The notes beneath the pieces were generated by a model. That model had not been told where the DNA came from and made no database searches. It saw nothing but the letters and a program-made list of their open reading frames with translations. Shown here piece by piece: positions 1-14,212 of a DNA stretch of 64,000 nt (position 1 is its first letter; every line of letters begins with the position of its first letter). A program made the translations under genes and the position numbers. The stretch comes from Laetmonice hystrix (taxonomy: Eukaryota), in contig OZ249436.1 of the NCBI GenBank assembly GCA_965235115.1, positions 19,408,001 to 19,472,000 of the forward strand, written 5' to 3'.

Positions 1-164
1 AAAGAAAGTGCGACTTTCTGTATGTAGAGAAAGGCTGAGCCGTCGCTTGGCTTCCCAGTCGACTTAACCTCGGATACGCAATCCATCAGGTCGACTTTTG
101 GCTGGGTGTTTTTCTTGCTTATATCGGTACTCAGAAGGAGTCGTGTTGTGTGTCCATGGGAGGG

Positions 165-183
165 GCTCTCTCTCTCTATCTCT

Positions 184-226
<43 letters not shown>

Positions 227-307
227 TTCTCTCTGTCTACGTAGAACTGTACAGTATGCCTTTTTATCTTTCCCTGTCTCTCGGTCTCTCTCCCTGTGTC
301 CCTGTGA

Positions 308-366
<59 letters not shown>

Positions 367-372
367 CTCTCT
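165..372. repeat. Interrupted (CT)n microsatellite
   Basis: Direct reading. Confidence 0.95.
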
Positions 373-1405
373 CCTCACGTGGACCCTCTGCCATCGTTCA
401 CACACACACCTAATTCGTGTCCCTGATGTCCTGCCGAGGTCATCCTGAGACCCACGTTGTCACTGTTAGTCCAGTCAGTGGGAGGATTACTGACAACCAT
501 GTGGCCATGGTTATTCCATGAAGCCCGTGTCAGTCCATCAACAGAGAGAATTATTCGGTGATAAACCTATAAAACTTCCTAGAATCAGAGCGTCATGATC
601 GTTCCACCTAGGAACATGTTAGGGGGTGGTAACAGCGTGTTTATGTCCTGGGGTATATGTTTGAACGGGCCGTGTGGATCAGCGAGGTGAACCCCGACAG
701 GTTGTAACGGAGGGAGTCAACCCCCCTCAGAGGGTGATTCCCACGCCCTGTTTACAGCAGACAAACCCTGGTTCCCAAACGAACCTGTTGACCCTGTCCC
801 ATTTGTTGATACCAAGGTGTACCTCAGTTTTACCTCTATAACTTTCTTTACTCCACGGATGTGGTGGTGGAGGGGTATGTGAAGGACTTGAGAAGGTAAT
901 GGTGAATTATTGCCATCTTACATGGCGGATTTCCGCTGGTTTTAACAATGAGTAGTTATCACTCCCCCTATCAGTGCTCCTAATTATCTTATCCTTCTGG
1001 TTGGATATTCTAACATCGTCTAACATCGTCCGTCCATGGGCAAGGTCTAGTTATGTTTATATGGGTTCGGGAATAGCATACATTATTATTATTATATATG
1101 CGCATTCTATCTGCCAGTGCCATTCAGGGTGTTCCATACGGACTGATTTGATTGTACACGTTACGGGGCAACGTTAACTCCTATGGAAGCGCCGGAACAT
1201 TTATTATAAATTACGCTAGGCTGTTCCAACAGCAGGCCCCAACCCACTCAGTTTGCTACCACTTTGTAAGCACCGTGTAGAAAAAATTGGGGAGGGTGTC
1301 CACTTAACAAACATCCCCGTTCGAGGCCCCATGAATAAATGTTTATTTGTTGTTAATTCTTGTTTACTCTTCGCTCTTATCCTCAAATAGGAAATAATCC
1401 CAGCG

Positions 1406-1622
1406 AATATAATAAACACGTCACGAGATGAGGGTCCTTCTTCACCTGTCGTGCCGTATTCATGCGCCAGGCATCGCGCCATGCGCCAGGCACCTTCGGT
1501 GTCGTGCCATATTCATGCGCCAGGTTTCTCGCCATGCGCCAGGCCATATTTATGCGCCAGGTATCTCGTTCCATATGTTCCTCCAGTGAAGGACCCTCGT
1601 TTCGTTACGTGTTTTTAGTATT
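1406..1622. mobile_element. MITE-like element with ~35-bp imperfect TIRs and internal ATGCGCCAGG repeats
   Basis: Left AATATAATAAACACGTCACGAGATGAGGGTCCTTC versus right GAAGGACCCTCGTTTCGTTACGTGTTTTTAGTATT; a related copy lies at 35681-35775. Confidence 0.65.
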
Positions 1623-1726
1623 GGGTTCCTGCCATGACGTATAGGTTAGTCAAGCACAATCTTATCTCAACTTTATACTCCTCAGTATTATCACCATGGT
1701 TATAGCATATCATTATATTCATCCAC

Positions 1727-1862
1727 GAAGAAGAAGAAGGAGAAGGAGAAGGAGAAGGAGAAGAAGAAGAAGAAGGAGAAGAAGGAGAAGAAGGAGAAGA
1801 AGGAGAAGAAGGAGAAGAAGGAGAAGAAGGAGAAGAAGGAGAAGAAGGAGAAGAAGGAGAAA
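1727..1862. repeat. (AGA/AGG) purine microsatellite, mostly AGAAGAAGG 9-mer
   Basis: Direct reading; explains the poly-Arg ORF. Confidence 0.95.
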
Positions 1863-2536
1863 CTGCTTCCCGTCGGTCCCCGGTGAAATGTTTTAACCAC
1901 GTTCATACGAGACGGAAACTAGTGAAAGGAGGATTCGGTTCTGTTCCCAAGGCTGAGCCGTGTACAATCTCTCGCATCTTTCGAGTAGGAAAAAATAAAG
2001 CGCTCTTAACACAAGGAAAATGTTTATCTTGTCGACACTTGTGTATTGATTTGTAAAACAAATCTAACAGAGAAAAATATAATAATGCGATTTACTGTGT
2101 GGAGAATTTAACGAGACACACTAAGCGCCTTAAGTCATGGTAAGACCATTGGGGTGGGAGTTGGGTAAGAGGCATATCGCCGGGCTGTGGCAGCGGGTGG
2201 GGGTGTTACCCTTAGCCCCAGTCTCAAGAGACAGCCAACTTTCACAGTAAGTCCACCTCGCAGCCAGCTTCCACATTAACGGAGCCCGCTGAAAGCTGTT
2301 TGAGCGGCCGCTCCGAGTCTAAACGGTTTATGTTGGAGTTCAGACGCTCAGCCTTTGTGTGATCGGAGATCGAAGGGGTAGGGGCGAGCAAGGGGTGGAG
2401 TAAAGGGGCGGGATGGTGTGACATGAGGGGTGGAGTATGGGGTGGGGTGATTGGGGGGGGGGGTAAGATGGTTGGGGTAAAATGACTGATGACGCTGATG
2501 TTGATCTGCTTGGACAGCTTTGGTGATATCGTGGTC

Positions 2537-4338
2537 AGCCAGCCACCACTGACTCCAGCCACCACCCACCACTGCCACCACCCACCACTGCCACCACCCA
2601 CCACCCACCACTGACTCCAGCCACCACCCACCACTGCCACCACCCACCACTGACTCCAGCCACCACCCACCACTGCCAGCACCCACCACTGACTCCTGCC
2701 ACCACCCACCACTGCCACCACCCACCACCACTGACTCCAGCCACCACTACCACCACCCACCACCACTGACTCCAGCCACCACCCACCACTGTCACCACCC
2801 ACCACTGTTACCACCCACCACTGACTCCAGCCACCACCCACCACTGACTCCTGCCACCACCCACCACTGCCACCACCCACCACTGACTCCAGCCATCACC
2901 CACCACTGACTCCTGCCACCACCCACCACTGCCACCACCCACCACCGCTGACTCCAGCCACCACTGCCACCACCCATCACTGACTCCAGCCACCACCCAC
3001 CACTGACTCCTGTCACCACCCACCACTGACTCCAGCCACCACTGACTCCAGCCACCACTGCCACCACCCACCACTGCCACCACCCACCACCACTGACTCC
3101 AGCCACCACTGCCACCACCCACCACTGACTCCTGCCACCACCCACCACTGACTCCTGCCACCACCCACCACTGCCACCACCCACCACTGACTCCTGCCAC
3201 CTCCCACCACTGCCACCACCCACCACCGCTGACTCCAGCCACCACTGCCACCACCCACCACTGACTCCAGCCACCACCCACCACTGACTCCATCCACCAC
3301 CCACCACTGACTCCTGCCACCACCCACCACTGCCACCACCCACCACTGACTCCTGCCACCACCCACCACTGCCACCACCCACCACCACTGACTCCAGCCA
3401 CCACTGCCACCACCCACCACTGACTCCATCCACCACCCACCACTGACTCCTGCCACCACCCACCACTGCCACCACCCACCACTGCCACCACCCACCACCA
3501 CTGACTCCAGCCACCACTGCCACCACCCACCACTGACTCCTGCCACCACCCACCACTGACTCCTGCCACCACCCACCACTGCCACCACCCACCACTGACT
3601 CCTGCCACCTCCCACCACTGCCACCACCCACCACCGCTGACTCCAGCCACCACTGCCACCACCCACCACTGACTCCAGCCACCACCCACCACTGACTCCA
3701 TCCACCACCCACCACTGACTCCTGCCACCACCCACCACTGCCACCACCCACCACTGACTCCTGCCACCACCCACCACTGCCACCACCCACCACCACTGAC
3801 TCCAGCCACCACTGCCACCACCCACCACTGACTCCATCCACCACCCACCACTGACTCCTGCCACCACCCACCACTGCCACCACCCACCACTGACTCCTGC
3901 CACCACCCACCACTGCCACCACCCACCACCACTGACTCCAGCCACAACTGCCACCACCCACCACTGACTCCATCCACCACCCACCACTGACTTCAGCCAC
4001 CACTGACTCCAGCCACCACCCACCACTGACTCCAGCCACCACTGACTCCTGCCACCACTGACTCCAGCCACCACTGACTCCAGTCACCACTGACTCCAGC
4101 CACGACTGCCACCACCCACCACTGACACCACCCACCACTGACACCAACCACCACTAACACCACCCACCACTGACACCACCCACCACTAACACCACCCACC
4201 ACTGGCACCACCCACCACTGGCACCACCCACCACTGACTCCAGCCACCACTGACACCACCCACCACTGACACCAACCACCACTGACACCACCCACCACTG
4301 ACACCAACCACCACTGACACCAACCACCACTGACACCA
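2537..4338. repeat. C/A-rich minisatellite of 16/23-bp modules (CCACCACCCACCACTG[ACTCCAG]) with a 408-bp higher-order duplication
   Basis: Rare variants (CCTCCC at 3201/3609; CGCT at 3227/3635) recur 408 bp apart. Confidence 0.92.
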
Positions 4339-5450
4339 GTCATGGATCTGTGGACTGAAACGGGTTACGTACGGAGGTAGTCTGTAAGTCATGGATCTGT
4401 AGACTGAAACGGGTTACGTACGGAGGTAGTCTGTAAGTCATGGATCTGTGAACTGAAACGGGTTACGTACGGAGGCAGTCGGTAAGTCATGGATCTGTGG
4501 ACTGAAACTGGTTACGTACGGAGGCAGTCTGTAAGTCATGAATTCAGATCTGTGAACTGAAACGGGTTACGTACGGAGGCAGTCTGTAAGTCATGAATTC
4601 AGATCTGTGAACTGAAACGGGTTACGTACGGAGGCAGTCTGTAAGTCATGGATCTGTGAACTGAAACGGGTTACGTACGGAGGCAGTCTGTAAGTCATGG
4701 ATCTGTGGACTGAAACGGGTTACGTACGGAGGCAGTCTGTAAATCATGAATTCAGATCTGTGGACTGAAACGGGTTACGTACGGAGGCAGTCCGTAAGTC
4801 ATGAATTCAGATCTGTAGACTGAAACGGGTTACGTACGGAGGCAGTCTGTAAATCATGAATTCAGATCTGTGAACTGAAACGGGTTGCGTACGGAGGCAG
4901 TCTGTAAGTCATGGATCCGTGAACTGAAACGGGTTACGTACGGAGGCAGTCTGTAAGTCATGGATCTGTGAACTGAAACGGGTTACGTACGGAGGCAGTC
5001 TGTAAGTCATGAATTCAGACTGAAACGTACGGAGGCAGTCTGTAAGTCATGAATTCAGACCTGTGAACTGAAACGTACGGAGGCAGTCTGTAAGTCATGG
5101 ATCTGTGAACTGAAACTGGTGACGTACGGAGGCAGTCTGTAAGTCATGAATTCAGATCTGTGGACTGAAACGGGTTACGTACGGAGGCAGTCTGTAAGTC
5201 ATGGATCTGTGAACTGAAACGGGTTACGTACGGAGGCAGTCTGTAGGTCATGGATCTGTGGACTGAAACTGGTTACGTACGGAGGCAGTCTGTAAGTCAT
5301 GAATTCAGATCTGTGAACTGAAACTGGTGACGTACGGAGGCAGTCTGTAAGTCATGAATTCAGATCTGTGAACTGAAACTGGTGACGTACGGAGGCAGTC
5401 TGTAAGTCATGAATTCAGATCTGTGGACTGAAACGTACGGAGGCAGTCAG
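4339..5450. repeat. 49/55-bp minisatellite (GTCATGGATCTGTGAACTGAAACGGGTTACGTACGGAGGCAGTCTGTAA), ~21 copies
   Basis: Direct reading; abuts the preceding array. Confidence 0.95.
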
Positions 5451-7217
5451 CCGTGACGGCTGCCTTCGGCCAACGAAAGCTAACATTTGTACAAGCTTCT
5501 GTTTCTCTACAAATCACCATTAACGCCTTTCAATTTAGCGGTGAGTGGAGGTTGATGAGTTCGAGGTGTGAGTCGCGACCCCAGGCCGGTGGTGGACGCC
5601 AGCGTTTCCCGGTGCGTCTTCCGCTACTCCACCCTCTCCTCCCCAAACAAACCCCCGCCGAGCGCCCAACGAATACCGATGAAATCCTTAAAATATGCTC
5701 GGCGTTTTAAATCCAGCTTTGTTCAAACACAGCTCGAGAAATATAAACGCTCGGGACACACATGAATGTTAATACGGGTATTAGCTGTTGGTGTGTTTAG
5801 GGAAAATATAAGCCAGGATTTGCCCGCCATATTACATTATCCACTTGGAAGGGATTCGTAATTAACTTTTTTTTCTTCACGACAATGCGGCTGGTTTAAT
5901 ACGAAGATTTTGTCAGCTTAAACTTGATCGTGGTCTGTTTATCTTTCGCTGTTTCCTCAGATTTAATTAATTCCCACAGCTGGCAAACTTCACGGCCGAG
6001 TTTGAGAAGTAAAAGTTTTCTTGTACTAGCATGGCTTCGAACGTAATGCACTTAGAAGCAGCGTCTAAGTTTGCCAGTTCTAAGGCTTCTGTTGACTGCC
6101 GCTCAAACTCCGCACAACTTCCCACTAAGGTAAACAGCCGAGAGCCGTCCCCAACTTCTATGGTAAAGGAATTAAGTAGCGGCACTTTGTTAATTACGGG
6201 GAAAATAATACAAACCCAAACATCGGCAAAAGCAATTTCCGACGTTGGCGCGTTGGTATTTACATTTGCGAGATTCGCCGATCGCTGGTGGGTAGAGTTT
6301 GGAAATCAAAGCTTGACGCTGGGCGGGTTCTAAAGACGATCACGCGGGAGGCGCACCTCGCTGGGCGGCAACGTTTGATTGTCCCGGCCCTAGCTCCGGC
6401 GGACATTTCCCGTACCTGTGAAAACGACAACCCTTCATCGACCGCTTCATCCAACCACAATCACCCAGATTAAAGGTAATTTTTCTTGTTCGTCACGAGC
6501 GCAGGAAAAGTTGGAGGCGATGTCTTTTGGCGAGTGGTGATAGATCTATAATCGGTACGGGACGTGGCGCACACTCCCATTGAAGTGTTGTGAGAGTGAG
6601 CCGCGAGCCACGCGCTCGGTAAACGCAGCCAGAAATTGGCTGTTGGTCGGGAAAACATCGTCTACAATGGCCACCTCGGCACGCCGAGCGACCGCCCGCC
6701 CGCCAAGAACGGCACTAGGAGGCATTAGAACCTTCTGATCCCGCGGAGAATGGCTTAAAGTGAGCGCCGTGGAGGCGGCAAAGCGGACACTTTGGGCGGT
6801 TATACGGTCGGGTGGGACAATGATCGAGGAGGAGGAGGAGGAGGAGCAGGAGGAGGGGAGGAGGAGGAGGCTGAGTGCAAGCGGCGGCTACGGCGTCGGC
6901 GACCACCCGGGCGGGTGGGGCCAGTGTGACCGGGGCCGGGGCCGGGGCCGGGGAGACCGAGGAGACCGGGGCCGGAGAGACCGGGGCCGTGCACGGTCTA
7001 CAACCGAGAGGAGGAGGCGGAGAAAATGGTCTTGAGATGGAAGGGGAGAGAATCATGAGTAGGGCTATATGCCAGCAGTCTATGCTCAAGCAGCGTTACG
7101 ATACAAGCTGCCATTAAAAGTGGTGAAAATACTTGGTATGTGTAGTGCCTCCAGAAATAATGAACGGCCTGAGTGTTGAGGGCGCCGCGTAAATCACTTA
7201 ACGCGGTAGGAACACTT

Positions 7218-7780
7218 GAAACTGCAGACCAAAGAAAGAAAGAAAGAAAGAAACTGCAGACCAAAGAAAGAAAGAAACAAACAAAGAAAGAAAGAAAGAA
7301 AGAAAGAAAAAAAGAAAAAAAGAAAAAAGAAAAAAAGAAAAAGAGAAAGAAAGAAGAAAGAAAAGACAGAGAGAAAGAAAGAAAAAGACAAAAGAAAAAA
7401 AAGAAAAGTTATACCTTGGAAATGACTTTTGAGTGGATAATATTTTCTCTGTGATTTTGTAATTGTTAAATAATCTGTTGATGCCGTCCTGGCCGAGTTA
7501 CGGTGCCGGGAAAGAAAGAAAGAAAGAAAGAAAGAAAGAAACTGCAGACCAAAGAAAAAAAGAAAGAAACAAACAAACAAAGAAAGAAAAAAAAAAGAAA
7601 AAAAGAAAAAAAGAAAGAAAGAAGAAAGAAAAGACAGAGAGAAAGAAAGAAAAAGACAATAGAAAAAAAAAGAAAAGTTATACCTTGGAAATGACTTTTG
7701 AGTGGATAATATTTTCTCTGTGATTTTGTAATTGTTAAATTAATCTGTTGATGCCGTCCTGGCCGAGTTACGGTGCCGGG
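7218..7780. repeat. Tandem duplication (~270-290 bp) of an (AAAG)-rich tract plus a ~105-bp unique segment
   Basis: GTTATACCTTGGAAATGAC...TTACGGTGCCGGG is present at ~7408 and ~7677. Confidence 0.9.
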
Positions 7781-8294
7781 ACCCTTGTGTATAGAGATAG
7801 AATGGGTAGAGTTTGTTTGACCAGCACACCTATAGACACCTCGCTCTATACCCTTCTCGGCTGCCTACCTGCCGCAGGTACGTATCACTTACCGGCCCTA
7901 GTGGTGCCAGTAAATAAACGAGCAAATCCAATTGACGGCTCGGACAAAGGTGGGCCCTATCGGTTACTATATGGAGGACCGGTGGCCGTGTGTGTGGGGC
8001 CGCCAGCGGCAGCCCGGGCCCAGCGGCGAGTCGGTCGGGGGAAGGCCCGCCCAACCCCGGACCATACAGCCACGGACCCCATGAAAGCTAATGCCCGGTG
8101 TTTAGCAGGGTTGATCGCCGCGGTGCCGGTGTCGGACGACCGGGATGAAAGGCGGTGACTTACGGCCGGGGATTGGTACCGGGGCCGGCGATGGTTAATC
8201 TCATCGGGTTCTTAGAGTCAGGATAAGCAGGGCAGGCGAGGGCATTCAGCGAAACTCGGCGGGAATTGATCTACCATCAGCTCATGTAGTGGTC

Positions 8295-11200
8295 CCTACA
8301 ACCCGCTCTGACTGTACCCTCTACAAGTAGCTCTCTACCCCCTGTACCCCCTACAACAACCAGCTCTCTACCCCCTGTACCCCCTACAACCCGCTCTGAC
8401 TGAACCCTCTACAAGTAGCTCTCTACCCCCTGTACCCCCTACAACCCGCTCTGACTGTACCCCCTACAACAACCCGCTCTCTGCCCCCTGTACCCCCTAC
8501 AACAACCAGCTCTGTGCCCCCCTGTACCCCCTACAACAACAACCTCTGTGCCCCCTGTACCCCCTACAACAACCCGCGCTCTGCCCCACTGTACCCCCTA
8601 CAACAACCAACTGTATGCCCCCCTGTACCCCCTACAACAACCACCTCTGTGCCTCACTGTACCCCCTACAACAACCACCTCTGTGCCCCACTGTACCCCC
8701 TACAACAACCACCTCTGTGCCCCCTGTACCCCCTACAACAACCCGCGCTCTGCCCCCCTGTACCCCCTACAACAACCACCTCTGTGCCCTCCTGTACCCC
8801 CTACAACAACCCGCTCTCTGCCCCCTGTACCCCCTACAACAACCAGCTCTGTGCCCCCCTGTACCCCCTACAACAACAACCTCTGTGCCCCACTGTACCC
8901 CCTACAACAACCACCTCTGTGCCCCCTGTACCCCCTACAACAACCCGCGCTCTGCCCCACTGTACCCCCTACAACAACCACCTCTGTGCCCCCCTGTACC
9001 CCCTACAACAACCCGCGCTCTGCCCCACTGTACCCCCTACAACAACCACCTCTGTGCCCCCCTGTACCCCCTACAACAACCCGCGCTCTGCCCCACTGTA
9101 CCCCCTACAACAACCACCTCTGTGCCCCCCTGTACCCCCTACAAAAACCACTTGTATGCCCCCTGTACCCCCTACAACAACCAGCTCTGTGCCCCCCTGT
9201 ACCCCCTACAACAACCACCTCTGTGCCCCCCTGTACCCCCTACAACAACCAACTGTATGCCCCCCTGTACCCCCTACAACAACCACCTCTGTGCCCCCCT
9301 GTACCCCCTACAACAACCAACTGTATGCCCCCTGTACCCCCTACAACAACCACCTCTGTGCCCCACTGTACCCCCTACAACAACCACCTCTGTGCCCCAC
9401 TGTACCCCCTACAACAACCACCTCTGTGCCCCCTGTACCCCCTACAACAACCACCTCTGTGCCCCACTGTACCCCCTACAACAACCACCTCTGTGCCCCA
9501 CTGTACCCCCTACAACAACCACCTCTGTGCCCCCTGTACCCCCTACAACAACCACCTCTGTGCCCCCTGTACCCCCTACAACAACCAACTGTATGCCCCC
9601 CTGTACCCCCTACAACAACCACCTCTGTGCCCCACTGTACCCCCTACAACAACCACCTCTGTGCCCCCTGTACCCCCTACAACAACCACCTCTGTGCCCC
9701 ACTGTACCCCCTACAACAACCACCTCTGTGCCCCCCTGTACCCCCTACAACAACCCGCGCTCTGCCCCACTGTACCCCCTACAACAACCACCTCTGTGCC
9801 CCCCTGTACCCCCTACAACAACCCGCGCTCTGCCCCACTGTACCCCCTACAACAACCCGCGCTCTGCCCCACTGTACCCCCTACAACAACCACCTCTGTG
9901 CCCCCCTGTACCCCCTACAACAACCACCTCTGTGCCCCACTGTACCCCCTACAACAACCACCTCTGTGCCCCACTGTACCCCCTACAACAACCACCTCTG
10001 TGCCCCACTGTACCCCCTACAACAACCACCTCTGTGCCCCCTGTACCCCCTACAACAACCACCTCTGTGCCCCACTGTACCCCCTACAACAACCACCTCT
10101 GTGCCCCACTGTACCCCCTACAACAACCACCTCTGTGCCCCCTGTACCCCCTACAACAACCACCTCTGTGCCCCCTGTACCCCCTACAACAACCAACTGT
10201 ATGCCCCCCTGTACCCCCTACAACAACCACCTCTGTGCCCCACTGTACCCCCTACAACAACCACCTCTGTGCCCCCTGTACCCCCTACAACAACCACCTC
10301 TGTGCCCCACTGTACCCCCTACAACAACCAACTGTATGCCCCCCTGTACCCCCTACAACAACCACCTCTGTGCCCCACTGTACCCCCTACAACAACCACC
10401 TCTGTGCCCCACTGTACCCCCTACAACAACCACCTCTGTGCCCCACTGTACCCCCTACAACAACCAACTGTATGCCCCCCTGTACCCCCTACAACAACCA
10501 CCTCTGTGCCCCCTGTACCCCCTACAACAACCAACTGTATGCCCCCCTGTACCCCCTACAACAACCACCTCTGTGCCCCACTGTACCCCCTACAACAACC
10601 ACCTCTGTGCCCCACTGTACCCCCTACAACAACCAACTGTATGCCCCCCTGTACCCCCTACAACAACCACCTCTGTGCCCCCTGTACCCCCTACAACAAC
10701 CAACTGTATGCCCCCCTGTACCCCCTACAACAACCACCTCTGTGCCCCACTGTACCCCCTACAACAACCACCTCTGTGCCCCACTGTACCCCCTACAACA
10801 ACCTCCTCTGTGCCTCACTGTACCCCCTACAACAACCAACTGTATGCCCCCCTGTACCCCCTACAACAACCACCTCTGTGCCCCCTGTACCCCCTACAAC
10901 AACCAACTGTATGCCCCCCTGTACCCCCTACAACAACCACCTCTGTGCCCCACTGTACCCCCTACAACAACCACCTCTGTGCCCCCTGTACCCCCTACAA
11001 CAACCACCTCTGTGCCCCACTGTACCCCCTACAACAACCACCTCTGTGCCTCACTGTACCCCCTACAACAACCACCTCTGTGCCCCACTGTACCCCCTAC
11101 AACAACCACCTCTGTGCCCCCTGTACCCCCTACAACAACCAACTGTATGCCCCCCTGTACCCCCTACAACAACCACCTCTGTGCCCCACTGTACCCCCTA

Positions 11201-11358
11201 CAACAACCACCTCTGTGCCCCCTGTACCCCCTACAACAACCACCTCTGTGCCCCACTGTACCCCCTACAACAACCACCTCTGTGCCTCACTGTACCCCCT
11301 ACAACAACCACCTCTGTGCCTCACTGTACCCCCTACAACAACCACCTCTGTGCCCCCT
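8295..11358. repeat. 33/34-bp minisatellite (CTGTACCCCCTACAACAACCACCTCTGTGCCCC[A/C]), ~90 copies
   Basis: Direct reading; produces three parallel ~950-aa ORFs. Confidence 0.97.
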
Positions 11359-11751
11359 GGGCCCCTCCCCCCCCCCCCACAACAACCACTTCATATCCGA
11401 ATGTTATTTTACACGTGCTATTTATGACCATGAAGTTGTTATAATAAACATATAGCTCATGCTCTGCTATCTCTAAAAAGACCCGTGTTGTGTAATACCT
11501 CATGATTTGTCGGTTGGACCTGGCATGAATTATCTCATTATTTTACCAGACAACCCGTTATTACTATGTTTGATGATGTAGCATTGACCACCCTATCCCC
11601 TCATACTTCACGCCATAATACCTAAGCTTTGTGTATGTAATGTGATGCCTCGATGTGCTAGATCTCGCATGTAATGACACGATGTTCTATATGTAATGAC
11701 ACGGCTTGGCGTATTATGACATACAAACTTTCGGACTCAAAGTAATATATC

Positions 11752-12118
11752 CAGAGTGTCCCAAATCAGGATTTAAATTGTAAATCATTGAAATCTGGAA
11801 GCCCTGAAACACCATTTCCAGCACTCTCAGACGAATATTTCTGTCAGAAAGACTCGGTAAATTGATGGTCGTGTTCGGCTTGTTTTTTTTATAACTGCAA
11901 CCCTGACTTCACCAGTCCTGGATAATCAAACTAAGTATATCGTTTCCTCGTATGACAAGGATTATGAGAATTTTACGAAAATATCTTTCTGAGCTCGTTA
12001 TACTTGTGGGAGCAGATTTTCAAAATTGGGATTTTTCCTGTCTCGACATTGTCGGCATTCGGGATTTTCAAGCAAAACCGGGGAAATTCCGACGAAATCC
12101 AGATGGTTTGGCACTCTG
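11752..12118. mobile_element. Putative hAT-type MITE
   Basis: Short imperfect TIRs CAGAGTGTCCCAAATC / GATGGTTTGGCACTCTG with subterminal GGGATTTT-like repeats. TSD is degenerate or not clear. Confidence 0.45.
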
Positions 12119-14035
12119 TATTATCCAATGTATAGGCTATAAACACTAACTTATATCAAAGGCCTCTTCAAGTGGATCCGATCAGTCATTCACTCCACCG
12201 AAACAACCCTTGATGTGCATGTGTATATAACTATACGAGCCGTTAATCCCCCTCGGATCACCCCCTGATCCGTCTGACTTAGATACCACCCCACAATAAC
12301 AGATTATCCCACACGTTAGAGCCCCTCCTAATTCCCAAATCGGGGATTTGTGGAGTTCGGGATGGCAGAATATCAGACCGGGGTGGCCTTACCCGAGTCT
12401 GCCAACAGACGCACCTCGGCCGGTTTACCACATTCTGTGGGGGATTATCCTAACTTTAGAACCCCCTTTATCCAGTGGTAATCTCGTTTGGTGGATCCTC
12501 CGCGCCTCACACGGAGTTTATGCACGCAGTTGTAGCGGTGCACTCAGCGCGTGTTCAATTATTAATACTACAATAAGCCGGCGATAAATCCCATTTGCCG
12601 GCGGTCTACTTGACTCCTGCTGGGAGTTTGTACGCCGTTCATTATAGAAATTAATTCACTAAGTCCTGCCGTAATCTCGTTTTGTTCACGTTTGGCGTGA
12701 CACCGCGAGGTTTATCAAACGTAAGGCGAGACTCGAGTTGGGTCAACTCCTGCCGTCATTCTTATACATGGTACCTGGCTCGGTATCATACCAACACACA
12801 ATCTGAACTTTTGTGGAAGGTTTCCATCGACCCCCGACACGCGAACATTGTTACCTTGAAGTTTAAGTTAAGTTAAGTTTAAATTAATTTTTTTTTTCGG
12901 TTTTCTTTTCGGCGAGGTACGTTTTAACATATTTGGGATCAAAGGGGCTGTGGTATATAGATCTACTAGTATATTACACGTTAATTTAGTCGACGAAAAC
13001 CCCCTAGAACAGTGCATAATTCATTTATATCAGACATGCACAACCTGAGGTATAGGCTACATGCCGTATCGACAATAACATATTTTTAGCCGTAGTTATC
13101 CGTCTAGTATACCTACTATATTGCGGGTATATATTTTCAACTTCACTTTTCATTTGAACGTAACCATGCAATATTACCTAGCGAGACCTAACGCGAGCAA
13201 TAACAAAATGACATGTAGAAGGATGTTCCATAGTTTTAGATCAGGAGCACACTCCGAGATTGTGTGCATAATTTACCCGGTTTTTTATCAGAGACTTGTG
13301 ATGTTATACGTGATGTGTGTGTATCCCATGAATCCGATCTGAGGTACAGAGTATACCGGATCTCACAGAACACGCGAGATCACGGACGCCACATTGAGTA
13401 GCCAATCGAAAGATAAATTAATATTAAATTTACACTGGGGCTTCATGTACTTCCCGTATCTATGACAACAGGAGCTAGGTATCATCTATACGAGGAAGTA
13501 AAGACGATGTTTGCATGTTCTTTGTCTGTAGCTCCCAGTAAGAAAAAAAACCCTGAAGTTGGATTTAATGCCATCTAATCGTTGCCGCGCTTCTAACGAC
13601 ATCCCCGGTTACGATTTCACGAGCGACTGATCGCTTAAGGAGCCCAATTCTATTATCCGCGCATCAAAATCAATTTAGCTTTGCCCTTAACCGAGGATGA
13701 TGGCCGCTTCACGCCGCCATGCTGTCTTTGTCCTCCACCGGGTCAGGCCAGCTTGATCCTCATGCAAACAAGTAAGGAATATGACAATTTAATCTCTTTT
13801 GTGTCCGCTATTAATTTGGATTAAACAATGGAACTGAGAGAGTGTTTTGGTAGGCGGGGAGTTAAGTGAGTCATCAAGGCGTTGGCGGGGTAAGAGAGCG
13901 GTCTCACGCGCAGTGCACGCGCCGGGTTTTAAGATGAGATTACTTTGGGAAACTGTTCCAGGCGTGCTGATACAAACCGTACTTACGTACACGTGGTACG
14001 TACATCATGGCACACCGCCGCCAACGTTAAGTCAT

Positions 14036-14206
14036 GTGTTAACACATGGGCAGGGGGCTCTATATACACATGGGCAGGGGGGGCTCTATATCCCAGCAGG
14101 CTGACTTACTGCCCCCACCGTTAACACATGGGCGGGGGGGGGGGGGGGGCTCTATATCCCAGCAAGCTGACTTACTGCCCCCACCGTTAACACATGGGCA
14201 GGGGGG
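14036..14206. repeat. Short tandem duplication (TTAACACATGGGC...GCTCTATATCCCAGCA.GCTGACTTACTGCCCCCACCG)
   Basis: 2-3 copies visible. Confidence 0.75.
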
Positions 14207-14212
14207 TGTCAA

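Noticed and set aside
2242..4392. Gly/Trp/Val-rich minus-strand ORFs resembling shell-matrix or structural proteins
   Set aside because: Translation of a 16/23-bp minisatellite, open in multiple frames.
6715..7117. GC-rich ORFs with poly-E/poly-L and GAGAG tracts as a possible exon
   Set aside because: Low-complexity (GAG)n and CCGGGG repeats; no domain or convincing splice pair.
8514..11455. Three ~950-aa Pro/Thr/Cys-rich mucin-like ORFs
   Set aside because: All three frames are open only because the 33/34-bp unit lacks stops on +. Unit length variation constantly shifts frame, and there is no signal peptide or splice context.
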